Below, piece by piece: positions 1 through 12,939 of a stretch of 64,000 nt of DNA. Origin of the DNA: Phaeosaccion multiseriatum (Eukaryota; Protista; Ochrophyta, other classes); contig OZ218952.1 of assembly GCA_965112735.1 (NCBI GenBank), forward strand, positions 682,001-746,000, given 5' to 3'. Every line of letters starts with the position of its first letter. Within the stretch, counting starts at the first letter, position 1. Made by a program: the position numbers and the translations under genes. The notes beneath the pieces are model-generated. The model was not told where the DNA came from. It saw only the letters and a list, made by a program, of their open reading frames with translations, and ran no database searches.

Positions 1-1
1 G

Positions 2-1576
2 GGCAGAAGCGGTAGCAGTGCAGGAGGAGGAGGAGGAGGAGGAGGTGGGGGAGGGGGCGGGGGTCTTAGCGACAGCGGTGAGGATGGAGACGTTCGCTCT
101 GTGCCTGTTTTCCGCGTGGAGCCGCCCCACATCCCCCCTGCGCGTCTAGCGCTTATTCGGAAGGCGGTGCTGGTGAGGTCAGCGCGGGTGTCTGTAGAGC
201 AGGAGCAGACGGACTTGTCAAAGTTTGTCAGTTCAGGTAAGGGGGGAAGGCGTCGTGGGAGGTGAAAGAATGGTGAGGTGCCCTATCCTCTGTGCCCCGT
301 GGACTCACTCTATCCTCTCCCATGGTTTGATTTGTGCTTGTGCTGTCCCTCAGTCCAACAGGCAGTCGAGGAAGAGCGCGAGAAGGACCGAGAACGGCGG
401 AAAGTAGAGCTGACCAAGTGCGAGGCCAACATCAAGGCCCTTCTGAAGCAGAAGGCTGACCTAGAGAAGAATAAGAAAGGCATCGAGTGGTTAATGGACA
501 AGATGCTAGAGCAGCAGCGGCGGCAGGAGGAGGAGGAGGAGAAGGAGAAGCGAAAGGACGAGGGCACCACCGAACATGGAGTGGTCGGAGGGCAGGTAGA
601 GGCGGGAGGCGGTGGAGGGAAGGACAAGCAGAAGCAGGACAAGTTGGTGATACAGCAGCCGCGGCAGGGAGAAGCAACGGAGGCTGGACGAGGCCCAAAC
701 GAGCAGCAGGGAGGACACAAGAGGAAAAAGAGTCTTGCTTCAGATATCATCGAACGGGCCAAGGGAGGCATAGATAGCCCCAAGAAGAAGAGGAAGAGGG
801 AGGAGGCGGCGGTGGTAGGAGCAGCTTCAAGTACGCTCGGGCGAACGCAGATAGAAGGCGGATGGAGCGCCGCCGCAGCCGCAGCAGCAGCAGAAGAGGG
901 GGGGGGGGGAGGGGGAGGAGGAGGAAGAGGAGGAGGAGGCGGGGGAAATGAAAAGGAAGAGGAAGAAGGACGGAGCGGAGCAGACGAAGGAGAAGGGACG
1001 GAGAAAGCAGTCGCAACAGGCGGCAGCAAAGACGCGGGAGAAAGCAGCGGGAAAGGGAAAGGGAAAGAGCAAGAAGAACAAGAACAAGAGCGAAATGGCG
1101 ATGATAAAGCAGCACCAGCAACAGTAGCAGCATCATCATCACCGTCAGCAGCACCATCACCACCATCAATAACAACCACAACTACAACAGCGGAAGAAAC
1201 ATCATCATCAACATCAACAGCAGAAACAACCACATCTGTAACAGCAGCGAAGAGAACAGCAAAAACAGCACCACCAACAATAACAACCCCAGCGGCAGCA
1301 GCCGCAGCAGCAGCAGCAGCGATAACATTTCCAACAACAGTAAACGCAGCATCAGCTGAAACAGCAGCAGTGGCAACAACCGCAGTAGTAGCAGCAGCGG
1401 AAACACCACCACCACCACCACCACCACCACCACCAACAGCAACAACAATAACCGCAGCAGAAGCAGCAGCAGCAGCAGCCACAGCAACAGCAACAGAATC
1501 TAAGCAGGCAGCTCCCACCGACGCCGGCAGTCATGGCGATGGTGGAGAAACCTCTGAAGTGCCGAAGAAGGAATAA
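2..1576 (+). CDS. 3' end of a low-complexity/coiled-coil protein of unknown function (exons <2-236, 354-1576)
   Basis: Open frame from position 2. Phase-1 GT-AG intron 237-353 (TCAG|GTAAG...CCCTCAG|TC) joins it in frame to the 278-1576 ORF. Rich in E/K/G/A/T. Confidence 0.6.
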
Positions 1577-2399
1577 GTTGTGGTCATTGAGAGAGAGAGA
1601 CTCCTTTCAGAGAGACATGTGCAATCAATCCATAGATGTTTGTAAGTAGCGTAGCTTAAGAAGAAGAAGAAGAGGGCTCCAATAATTTTTTTGTACGAAC
1701 TCCGCAAAATGACGGCTGGGAGAAGCGCTGTAGCTCTTCGTGTAGCTCTTTGATATGCCTGCCGACACGTAGTCTTTCGGCTTTCATCGCTGTTTCCCTT
1801 CCCTTTTTGTCAGCATTTCTGCAAGAGCACTCCCCCTTGCCGCCCGACCCCCAAAAAACGGGCAATTTGGGCGATTCTTACGCAAATCGAGTGTTAAAAT
1901 TAAGAAAAAATGAAGGGATGAATGGAACGATTCTTCATAGCAGAGCAGGCACATGCCTCACTCGATGGATCTCTCCACTTCGTTACATACAAACATATGC
2001 ATGCATGTGGCTTCTTCTTCCATAACTTCTTCTAACTAAGTACTCCCTTCTCACTGTACTTTCCTTCTCAGAAGTACTAGTTAGCATGTCAGCAGGGGCT
2101 TTGCTGTTGCTGTTGCTGTTGCTCTTCTCCTCGTCGTCCACCGTGTCACAGCACTTGCCCAGGTCAGGGGGGCTCCCTAACGTACACATCCTCCGCCAAT
2201 CACAGATGGGCGACAGAAAGCACCTACTAGCACTAGAGCGAAGCACCAACATGAATTACCTAGCCCAAGCCCAGGCCCAAGCAGTCCCCTGCAAGCAGTC
2301 CCCTGCAAGCAGGGCACCTCTTCCCCTCACTCGTACACTCGTAAAGTCAAACAGTCATACGCTCATAACCTTTGTCTACTACGAGTAACTTTGCACGTG

Positions 2400-2814
2400 T
2401 CAGTGAGCGGAGTCCTGTATCATCTCGCACTTTTGCAGCGCGTTGTCGAGCCGCACGTCGAACGAAGCCAACCACTCCAGACTGGAGTCAAGGTACGACG
2501 GCTTCGTCAAAAGCTCGTCCGTTGCCTTCGTGCTGCCGGCCCTAACGCCGTTCTTCTTCGTCTGCTGCTGCTGCTGCTGCTGCCCGCCTGCCTTCTCCGT
2601 CTTCCCCTCCTCACCATCACCACCACCACCACCACCACCACTGCGGCTGCTGAGCCCACCACCGCTCGCCGCATGCGCTCTTCGTAACTCCCTCGTCATC
2701 CACGCCATGTCCACACCTCCCGCATCGTCCAGGGGCACCCTTCTGCACATCAGGTCGACCTCCGCAGCTGACACGATGCCTCCTGAAGCAGTTGGTGATA
2801 CGGCAGTGGTACAA

Positions 2815-2856
<42 letters not shown>

Positions 2857-3685
2857 ACGGTGGCGTGATGCTTGAGACATTCCAGACCCAAAAGCGTGCG
2901 GCGTACGTCGGGAAGCAAGATGGCCAAGCCCTCCCCAGCACCAGTGCCCAGGGGGGGTCGCTGCGGCAGATGGCCCCCGTTGGTACTACTCCTCTCCAGC
3001 AGTCTCTGGCGGCGATTGGCAGCCGCGTTGGAGCTCACCACATCGTGCCAGCGAAGGTGCTTGGTTTTGAGATGCTCCTCCACCTTGGCAAACGCCGAGG
3101 CACACAAGGCCTTCTCCGCGTCGTTCAGCGGCTTGCGCTTCTTGTTCGTCGTCGCCTTGGCGCTGTTGGATGATGCTACGCCAGAAACACGAGCCGATTC
3201 CTCCGGCGGAGCTTTCCGCCCCGACCGAAGCACCAGTGACTTGCCTGCCCCGCTCATTCCGAAGGGGTTGAAGGGATCAGCGCCCCCTCCTTCTCCGCCA
3301 CCACCACCACCCCCACCACCACCCACCCCCGGAGGAGCCAGCAAGCCCGAGCCGTAGGTTAGCGGCGAAGGAGAAGACGCAATGTTCATGAGCGGTCTGC
3401 GCTTCTTGTCGGCCAGGAAGGCCATGAACTTTAAACTGTCGATACCGCCCAGGCTCTGCTGCAGTTGCGTCTGCGGCGGAAACTGCTTCGGCCGCCGCTT
3501 CTTCTGCTGCTGCTGCTGCTGCTGTTGCTGCTGTCGTTGCTGCTGCTGATAATGATGAGCGTGGTGATGGTGATGTTGCTGATACTGCTGCTGATGCTGC
3601 TGGGGCTGGGGAGGCACGCGTAACTGCCGGAGATACATTTCCATCTGGTGCTGCTGAAACTGCTCCTGGAGTATCCGGTACTCTG

Positions 3686-3725
<40 letters not shown>

Positions 3726-4089
3726 CCGCTGCTTGTCCTCCTCTCCCTCCTCCTCCTCCTCCTCCTCCTCCTCCTCCTCGTCGTCGTCCTTGTCGTCGTC
3801 CTTCCCCGGGGGCGGCTGCTGCTTGCGCTGCCCCGAAGAAGAAGCAGATGAAGACCCCCCGGTGGCCACCGTCTTCGGAGAAAGGGCCACCGTCTTCGGA
3901 GAGAGGGCCGGGAAAGACACACCTCCCGTGGAGCCGCTCTCGCGAGTCGCATCCGTCGCCTTCTCTGCCCTTTCTGTTGCCCCCTGTCCTGGCCCTGGAC
4001 CTTGACCTTGCCCTTGTCCTTCCTCTTTCGTGTCCTTGTCCTCGTCCTCGTCCTCTCCGTCGAAGTCGCTATCACCATACTCATCATCG

Positions 4090-4153
<64 letters not shown>

Positions 4154-5469
4154 GAGCTCTGTCATTGGTCTTGTTGCCTGCACCCGCATCGCCAGCTGTA
4201 ACGGAAGCAGCCCGGTGCTCGCTGCTACTCTTCTCTTCATCATCCTCTTCCTCCTCCTCGTCGTCGTCGTCGTTGTCGGTGTCATCCCATTCCCTCTCCT
4301 CGTCGTTATTGCTTCGCCCTTTTCTCGACCTCCTCCTGCTCCTCCTTCGCCCTTCCTTCCTCTGCTGTGTTTCCTCATTGTGCCGCCCTCCCTCTGCCTC
4401 CTCCTCCTCTGTGTAATCCTCCTCCTCCTCCTCCTCCTCCTGCCCCTGCTCCTCTTTCTCCTTATCCTTCTTCTTCTGCTTCTCCTTCTTCCGCCTTCTT
4501 ATCGCCTGTGTGTTGCTCTTCTCTAAATTTGAGTGCAAATGATCCAGTGCCGTGTGCCGCTGCTGCTCCTGCCACTGCGCCTTTCCCAGAAAGCCCTCCG
4601 GGGCAGCAGGAAAGTCCGGAGGCGGGCTCCACATCCCGGCCGGAACGAGTGGAAGTACAGCATTGTCCCTCTCCCCCTGCTCCCTCCTCCACTTCTCCTC
4701 CTGCTGCAGCCGCCGCCGCCGCTGCTGCTGCTGCTGCTGCTGTTTGCTTTGCTTCTGCTGTAGCTGTTGCTGCTGGCTCTGGCTCGCATTTGCATGCTGC
4801 CACTCGAGATCCTTCCTTCTGCTCCCCTCCTTGTTGCCCCCCCCGCCCCCCCCCTCTCTTTTCTCCTCCTCGATCTCGTCCATCAACATGGCCATTGCCT
4901 CCATTGCACCCCCCCCCCCTGCTCCCGAACCGCCGCTGGGTACCACTACTTCCCCTCCTCCTCCTCCTCCTCCGCCACCTCCTCTGTTGGTCACTTTCGC
5001 CCCTCGACTCCGCCCTCTGCTGGCGTTACACCCGTACGCCCTACAAGAAGCGCAGGGAGTCAGTCAGTCAGGCAGTCAGTCAGTCAGTTAGTCAGTCAGT
5101 CAGTCAGGCAGTCAGTCAGTCAGTCAGTCAGGCAGTCAGTCAGTTAGTTAGTCAGTCAGTCAGGCAGTCAGTCAGTCAGTCAGGCAGTCAGTCAGTTAGT
5201 CAGTCAGTCAGGCAGGCAGTCAGTCAGTCAGTCAGTCAGTCAGTCAGTCAGTCAGTCAGTCAGTCAGTCAGTCAGGCAGTCAGTCAGTCAGTCAGTCAGT
5301 CAGTCAGTCAGGCAGTCAGTCAGTCAGTCAGTCAGTCAATTGTGTCAAGTGTAAGGGTGGAAGGGGTACGAAGAGGGGCAGATTGAAGCAAGGGGCAGGG
5401 GGCAGAGGGGGAGGGTAAGAAAAACAACACTCAGCCAGTCTGGGGGGAACGAAATAAACAAACAATGGC

Positions 5470-5563
<94 letters not shown>

Positions 5564-6589
5564 GAAGCAGGCTGCAAACCCCAGAGCCAGTACGATGGAT
5601 GTACGCGTAGTTGGGTATCCACCAGTACCCACCGGTACCCATCCCATCCACTGCCATCCCATCCCGGCAGCGTGCCGTGTTCCTCCTGCATGTCTCACCG
5701 ATTGAAGCCCGTTTCGTACAGTTGCCGCCAGCCCTGCATGCGCTGTTCCTCCTGAATACGCTCCTCCTGCTCCTGTTGGTGCTTCAGCCCCTCCAGATAC
5801 ACGTCTGTGGCGGTCTTGGTGAGCGTGTTGGCCTTCTCCTTCCGCCGCCCCTTGGGAAGTTGGTGATACGGGTACTGCTGCGGCTGCTGCTGCTGCTGCC
5901 TAATGTGGGAGGAGGGTAGCTGCCCGAATGTCAGCTGTTTCGTCGCCGCTTGCTCCTGCTGCTGCTGCCGCTGCTGCTGCTGTTGATGGGCTGTCGGTGC
6001 CACCCCAACCGCAGGGGGCATGTGCGGGTGCTGAGAGGTGGAGGGGCCCACGGAATGAGCAGTGCTCCCCCCGCCACCGCCACCGCCAGAAGCAGCAGCA
6101 GATGCATTTTGCTCCCCTGCCCTCCTCCTCTTTGCACCCATTGCCCCTCCTCCCCTGTCTGTGAGTGCCATGGAGCCTGCAGCACTCGCCTCCGGCCCCT
6201 CCGCCTGCTGGTGTAGCGCTCCGATGTCTTCTCCGTACGAGGATACGACTGCTACATCACCAAGTACGGCTGTATCATCAACTGCTGGTGCCACCAACGC
6301 CCCTCCATCATCAGTGGCGGCACCTCGAAGCTTTTCTTCCAGCTCTCTCTTCAACGCTGCGATTTTCCGTCTCTCCTTCAGATACTTTTCCCTCAGACGC
6401 CTTTTCTCCTCCTGCTGCTGCTTCTTCAGTCGAAGCTTCTCCTTGCGCAACAGCTCCGCCGTCTTGGTCACCCTCTCCTCCCTCTTGAGTAGGTCCTCCT
6501 TCCTCATGGCTAGGGCTTTCCCGGTCTCGCTGTTGTCTCTCCTACGTAGCGTCCCCTCATCCCGACCCCCTCCTCCTCTCGCCCGCCGT

Positions 6590-6626
<37 letters not shown>

Positions 6627-7656
6627 GCTGCTGCTGTATTGCTGGATCCTCCCCCAGGGGGGCTAAGTTGTCTTCGCTGGAGCCCATGCCGCTGCTATCC
6701 TCCGAAGAATTCGCGTTGGACTCTGTCTGAGGCACCACGATCTCTCGCTTGATATGCCTCTTCTTCCCCGCTGCTGCTGCTGCGGCTGCTGCGTCTAGCG
6801 GAGGCACGGTAGGCACCGACACCACAACGCCTGTCCCACCACCTTTGCCCCCCGGCGAGGAGGAGGAGGAGGAATGCGCGGCAGACTTGGACTTGTTTCT
6901 GTCTTTTCCGCCCGTTTCCTCACCCGTGACGCCTGCTACACCGTCCGCGGCGGCGGCACCGTGACCCTGACTCTGACCTTCCTGAGCCGGCCCCCCTGTC
7001 AGCTTTCGACTCGTGCCGCCCCGCGAGAGAAGATTCTTACGTGTGATGGAGCCTTTCAGCCACGCCGCCCCTCTGCTGAGGACCTCTCTCCTCTTCATTG
7101 CGTCCTCGTGCATCTGGGTAACGTCCCTGCTGAGAACCTTCGCCACTGCCCGGGCAGATACGGAGGGATCTTTGAGAGTCGCCAAGCCTGCATCCGCGAG
7201 CCCCTGCAAGAAGAGGTTAGTTGCCGACGGCAAGAGTCCTGCGATGATGTTAGCGGGACTGACGAGGGCGTCGATGGGGCGCCGGGTGGCCTCAGTCACA
7301 CACGCCAGAATCTTGATGAGAAAAACGAGCTTCTCTTTCTTGCTCAGGACGGCCGCTCCCTCCTTCCCCTTTTCCTTCTGCTGCTGCTGAGCGTCCTCGT
7401 TGTTTGCACGGCTCCCCCCCTCGATACCAGGCGTCTCTTGACTCTCGTCTCCACCCTGCTGCCTACGAAGGCCGCGGTCCCCATCGTATAGGCCCTTGCC
7501 GAAGCCAGTCTTATCCTCCACACTCTCGACGATGGCCCGTAAGTACTGGAAGGGCGGGCGACAGAGCAGCTTCGTGGATAGCTTCACATCGCTGCTGCTG
7601 GTAACTTCCTTCAGCGCTGACTTCGATTTGGCCGCCTGGACTTGAAGCGGGGGCAT
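2400..7656 (-). CDS. Large protein with an N-terminal IFT54/TRAF3IP1 (MIP-T3)-type calponin-homology domain, coiled coil, long Q/E/D-rich regions and a possible degenerate EF-hand region (exons 7656-5699, 5040-2400)
   Basis: KLSTKLLCRPPFQYLRAIV...TGFGKGLY, KLVFLIKI and NIIAGLLPSATNLFLQGLA match the IFT54 CH-domain pattern (KLLxKPPFRxLHDIV..TGF..GLY / IVAGxEPExTNxFLQxLA). Phase-2 intron 5698-5041 joins the two large ORFs in frame. The start codon is uncertain. Confidence 0.7.
5059..5563. repeat. Intronic microsatellites: (CAGT)n at about 5059-5338 and (CAA)n at about 5470-5563
   Basis: Directly visible tandem repeats inside intron 5041-5698. Confidence 0.95.
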
Positions 7657-7930
7657 TCTGGGCGAAGCGTGTGCGTCCACCCACTACTCTCTTCCTCTCC
7701 TCCTTCCCAACCTCTCCTGGCGAGTGACGACGGACATGTGGGCAAATGAAATTCACGATGTCTCCGAGGTCTTATCCAGCACTCTTAGGTCACTCAAAGC
7801 GCGGAATAGGTGATGCTACGTCTTCTTCTAGGCAGTAAGATGCAGCACGAGCGGTAGGAGGGGATAGGATGATGCTATATATTACAGATATATATACGGA
7901 TAGGATGAACGTTTCGTATGCCACCTGTGA

Positions 7931-8995
7931 ATATGCGGCGACCAACACGTGCACCTTCCTTCCCCCTCTCCGCCCTACACCAAGCTCCTCACGTCGAAGG
8001 CGAGGGCGGACTTCTTGGAACGACTAAAAGCCATCCCACAGCAGGTCCAACGGGAGAAGTACCTGGCCAGAGCCCTCAGCCACAGCGTGAAGGGTGCTGG
8101 TGCGTGGCTCCACCTTCAGCCGACCAAGACGGCAGGGGGAGCACTCCACCTGACCGACGCCGAGCACAAGAGTGCCATTCGGCGAAGACTTGGCTTTGAC
8201 CCCACCTACAGCAAGGACTGTCATAAGTGCTCTGGCAAGGCGCTGACGGAGGGGCACATCGTCACCTGCACCAAGACGGGACTCAGCACACCCCAACACG
8301 ACGCTGTGCAGAAGGCACTTGTCACCCTGCTGAAGAGCCAGGGCCTGGGCAGAGGGATCGTCCAGAACACCGGCTTCCCCTTCTTCATGAGGGCAAGAAC
8401 GGTCACCCCGCGACGAGGGAGAGGGGGGAGCAACGCCGTGAGGAGTGACGCCCACGTGGCCAAGCAGATGGAGATGGACATCGTGACTCCCCCCAGGATG
8501 TTTGAGCTTCCGTCCGATCATGAATATGGCGACGGCCACAAGTCCCTCATGATCGACGTCACGCTCACAGATGCCACCAACACCACCAACCGGGCCAAGG
8601 CATCGAAGGAGGCACTCGCGGCAGCCAAGAAGGCTGAAGCGACCAAGCGGACCAGGTATGGGGTGCCACAGGTAGGCATGGAAGGCCAGGGTGGGGACAT
8701 CCACTATGACCCCACGCGGTACCACCTTGTCCCTTTTGCCATAGAACAGCAAGGTGCATTTGGCCCGTCAGCACAGATGTTTATCAAAACACTCGCCACC
8801 CACATGGCTGGGGGGCACGAACATCTTGACACGAGGGCTTATGCGAGGGCTGTTTGCGTCATTCGGCGACGATTAGCCGTAGCGCTCCAGCGGGCCCGAC
8901 ACGAACGATCGGTTCGCCACAGGATCCTGGCTGGTATCAACTTTGTTCCAATGGGAAGAACTGATGAGTCAGAGGGACACGACCTCGAGGGCTAA
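7931..8995 (+). mobile_element. 5'-truncated non-LTR retrotransposon remnant (CRE/R2-like), encoding the C-terminal Zn knuckle and restriction-like endonuclease; RT domain absent
   Basis: GAGAWL..P..L.L...E...AIRRRLG, CHKC-x8-H-x3-C, HDAV, DIV...IDVT, AA..AE..KRTRY, VPFAIEQQGAFG and RRLAVALQR form the typical C-terminal RLE motif series. Intronless, with no N-terminal ATG. Confidence 0.8.
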
Positions 8996-9426
8996 GTTCC
9001 CCGGGGCGGTGAGACATTACTTTTAGACAATCATAGATGGCACTTAAGGGTGTAATATACTCCTCTCCCTCTCCGCCCCCCTCTGCTCATACTTTATTCT
9101 CACCGTCTCTTTCCTTCCTTCCTTCACCATACCAATTAAGTACCACCACTTACACCATCCTACCACTCGGACCATAAGAAAGGAGTACTTGCAGTCAGAG
9201 AAGAGAGAGAGAATACGTCGCCAGTGTACAGCGCTTCCCTTGCTATCCACAGACACCACCTCGCGTGGATCCCCCCCACCCTCCCCAGTGCTGTTGTGGG
9301 GGAAGATAGAGCAGTGGGAAACTTCGAAGGCAGCGGCTGAGTGAGGACAGAAGCGAGAGGGACGATAGCGACGCAACACTCCACACCCCTCTGCGCCTCC
9401 GCTCCGCCCTCTGCGGCTCTCCGAGA

Positions 9427-10479
9427 ATGCTTCCTGACCCCTGGTATCACCAGAACATGAGCGGGCAGAATGCCATCATCATCGGCCGGAAGGCGACGCA
9501 CGACATTGTCAAGGAAGTGGGGCAGGTGTTTGACCTTAGTATCAACCCTAGGGGCAGCGGGAAGCTGACCAAGAAGATTCTGAGGGCGGGTACCGAGGTA
9601 GGGAATGGCCTTCCGAGCGGGAAAGTGACAGTCCACTACCAAGGATGGGTGCTGGATGAGAACGGGAAGAAACTCAACTCCTTTGACTCCAGCTGGGCCA
9701 GGAAGGCGCCCTTTACCTTCAAACTGGCCATGGGCAATGTGATACCCGCTTGGGAGCACGGTACGTGTGTGGGATGGGGTGTGTATTATGGCATGCACGA
9801 GTCAGGGGATTGGAGAGGGCGTTTGGGGCTGAGAGCGTGGAAGCTGAGAGCGTGGAAGCTGAGAGCGTGCCCCTTCTTTGCACAGCCGTATACTTCCTCA
9901 TGCTTCGCTCCCCTGCTCTTCCTCGTCCTTCCTGCTACTATGGGTCTCTGCTCGGCGTCTCATACATGTATTTAGTCTTTGGCCTTCCTCTGTGACCTCT
10001 TTCCTGTCTTCCTCTCCTTCTGCGGCCTCTCTCACACCCACCTCCTCTCTCTCTTCCCCACCCACCCACCAACCAACTCACATCTTCTCTCTCTCGCTCT
10101 TTCTTTCTTTCACACACACACACTCCACTGCTACTCCACAGCGGTGTCGACAATGGTGAAGGGAGAAGTAGCGGAGATCGTTGCGAGACCAGAGTACTGC
10201 TACGGCCAAAGCGGCAGCGGCGAGGACATACCCCCCAACTCTACGCTGTTGTTCGAAGTGGAGATGATTGACTGGCAACCACAGAACGCTATCTTCAACA
10301 CCCCAAACATCCTCATGGGGCTTCTCATTATCGGGGTGCTTGTGTACATCTTTATGTGGCGTGATTTGGGGGGGACTGAGCGGATAGACTACGTCAATCC
10401 TTACAACACACCAGAGGGGAAGGCCGCCCATTTAGCCCGCAGAGCCGCTGCCGACGCGGATAATAGAAACGAGCTGTAG
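9427..10479 (+). CDS. FKBP-type peptidyl-prolyl cis-trans isomerase with a C-terminal transmembrane helix (exons 9427-9760, 10142-10479)
   Basis: VTVHYQGW..FDSS..RKAPFTFKL..VIPAWEH|AVSTMVKGE..PEYCYG..IPPNSTLLFEVEM. Phase-1 intron. Hydrophobic segment ILMGLLIIGVLVYIFMW. Confidence 0.9.
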
Positions 10480-10918
10480 CGCTGCGCTGGTGGTGCTGTG
10501 CTTTGCTTCTAGGAAGAGGGCGGGCTGAAGAATGGAGCTATTGAAGGAGGATGGAGCTTGTAGGAACGGAGGGTGCGTAGAACGGATCAAAGTAGGAGGG
10601 ACGCTAATAGAATGGAGGAGGAGGAGGAGGAGGAGGAGGAGGAGGAGGAGAAGGAAGAAGAGGAGGGGGGCTGGAGGTTTCCCTCAGCCCGGTCGAGGAA
10701 AGAATTACATAAAATACGCATGAAGGCATGTGGGGGACCTTACTCCGATGTCTCGGTGGCCCCCTGCACTCAAATTACACACAAGTTGTTTGTTGTTGTT
10801 TGTGACAACCTGACTACAGCTTTGACTCAACTCGGCTTGACCACCAGACCCGCTGCATTCCTGCTGCGTGTTGCTCCAACCCCTCATACCCCACGGGGGG
10901 GGGGGGGGGTGGGGGGAC

Positions 10919-11792
10919 TTACCGGGCAGACAGGCTTTTTTTGAACACCAAACTGATGCGCTGCTGCACGTCCTCCGCGGCGTCGGTCCTCTTCTCCACC
11001 TTTATGGTGTGTTGCCACTCCGCCTGACACTCGTTAAACATGTGCACACAGTCCCCGCTTCGCACGTAAAAGGAGTGTCGCACGCTGTGGTCGTTGTCTC
11101 TCCGCAAGATGAATTGCCTCGTCTCGCCCACCGACACAACATGGGTGTCCTGGGTCCAGCTCTCGCCCTGCCCCGGGTCGCTGTGAAAGCGCATGCCTGT
11201 CTTGCCGTCGCCATAGAGGTTGATGAGGACCCCGTCGTAGGCAATACCCAAGTCTCGCTCCACCTGCTCCGCGATACGGGCGACGATGGGGCTGAAGGGT
11301 AAGGGCTGCATGACCTTGCCACTGTACTCAAAGGGCAGCCCCGAGCAGCTCTGCCACGCAGTAAGGCGGCTCTCAGACACCACCTTCTGCCCGCCGTCGA
11401 GCTCGATCTCGTCCCGTTGGAAGAGGACTTCTTTCTTGAGGTCCTCGACATACACCCCGGGGAAAGCTCTCTGGTGGACCCGAAACGGTAACTCGGCCAA
11501 CGCACCCGTCATTAAGGGGAGAGCAAGAGCAGTAGAAGCAGCAGGAGCAGCAGCAGCAGGAGTAGACCCAATGCCTTCACCGTCATCCTCATCGCCACGC
11601 CCACTCCGCCCACCGCCCGTTCCACTCGTTGGAAGCAGCCCCAGGCTCTGCATGGCCCACACCACTGTGGACAGCTGCGAAGGGCTCAGCCGCCCCTCCC
11701 CTGTCTCCATCTCCTTCGCCCACTCTTGTTCCACAGTCATAGCCAGATACGTAGCACCAGCCAGTCCTTCTTTCCCCGCCTCCTCCTCCTCG

Positions 11793-11835
<43 letters not shown>

Positions 11836-12829
11836 CCCTGCCACTACCAGGCTCTGTTGTTGCTCTGCCGCCCACATCATCACCATCACCGCTGATAGTC
11901 AGAGCTGCATCTCGAGTTGTCGCAGCAACTGCTGCTGCCACGCCCCCCTCCTTCCTACCTCCACTTCTTGCAGATCTATCAGTGCCAAAGGCCGTGCAGT
12001 CACTGTCAGCGTCAGGGTCAAAGTCTGTGCTAGGGTGAAGTAGTGCCCACGCCAGGAGGAAATCCGTGATGTGACAGATGGTCTTGGCTGACAAAACACC
12101 GCCCTGCTTTGCACCACACTCCTGCTGCTTCTGAACCTCGCGGCACACGGCGCTCATGATGGCAGCGAGTCGGGCGTCTCTCTGAAGGAGGCGGCGCTCT
12201 TCTGCTCGCCCAACACCGACGACGGCCTGTGGTCATACCACATAGGGGCATGGAGAGCCATCAGAGGACATTGGTTGCACCGTATCGAGACGCGCATGGC
12301 GGAGGGAGGGCGGGGGGTGATTAGCGATTGCTCTTCTCCTGACCTGGGAGGCGGGTTGAGTAGCGGCTCTTCCTTCTCCTCCCAGTTGGGGGATTTCCTT
12401 CTCTTTTTTTCAGCTTACCTTCGCGCAGCGAAGAAGCGCAGCAGAGACATGTGCGATGCTCAGATGATCCAAGTTGTCGTAGGCAAGCGTGACAATATCT
12501 GCAGGAGCTGCGTACTGGAGAGCTTGTGGAGCCGCTGCGCTTCTCCTACCGCTGCTACTGCTGCTGCTGCGGCTCCTGCTGCTGCCGACCCTGGTCCTCT
12601 TCCTTCTACTGCTACTACTGCTAAAATCACTCGTCTTCCAGCCACTACTGTTCCTGCTCGTACTCCTTCCATAGACAGTATCCCTCGACAGAATAGAGGC
12701 GCTGGTGAAGGCATCACTTTGGAAAGGATTGAGCAGCAGAGAGAGCGTGAAGCACGGGACGAGGCGAATCCTCGCCCCCGCTCCAAGCCTATTGCCATTT
12801 CTTCTCCTCTTCCTCTTTGTTTTGATCAT
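10919..12829 (-). CDS. AlkB-family (ALKBH2/3-like) 2OG-Fe(II) dioxygenase with putative plastid presequence (exons 12829-12419, 12226-10919)
   Basis: SRLTAW..FEYSG..LINLY.DG..GMRFHSD..SVGETRQFILR..GD..M..Q..WQH.I..RISLVFK. Phase-0 intron 12418-12227. Hydrophobic segment ending in QSDA-F. Confidence 0.85.
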
Positions 12830-12939
12830 GTGGCTTTGACAAAGTGTGAAGGGGGGACGGGGGAAAAGAAAAAATAAGAGAGATGGCAGTGGATGGTACG
12901 ACTTTCCTCTCCCACTTTGTTTATGTACGGCTCCGCGAG

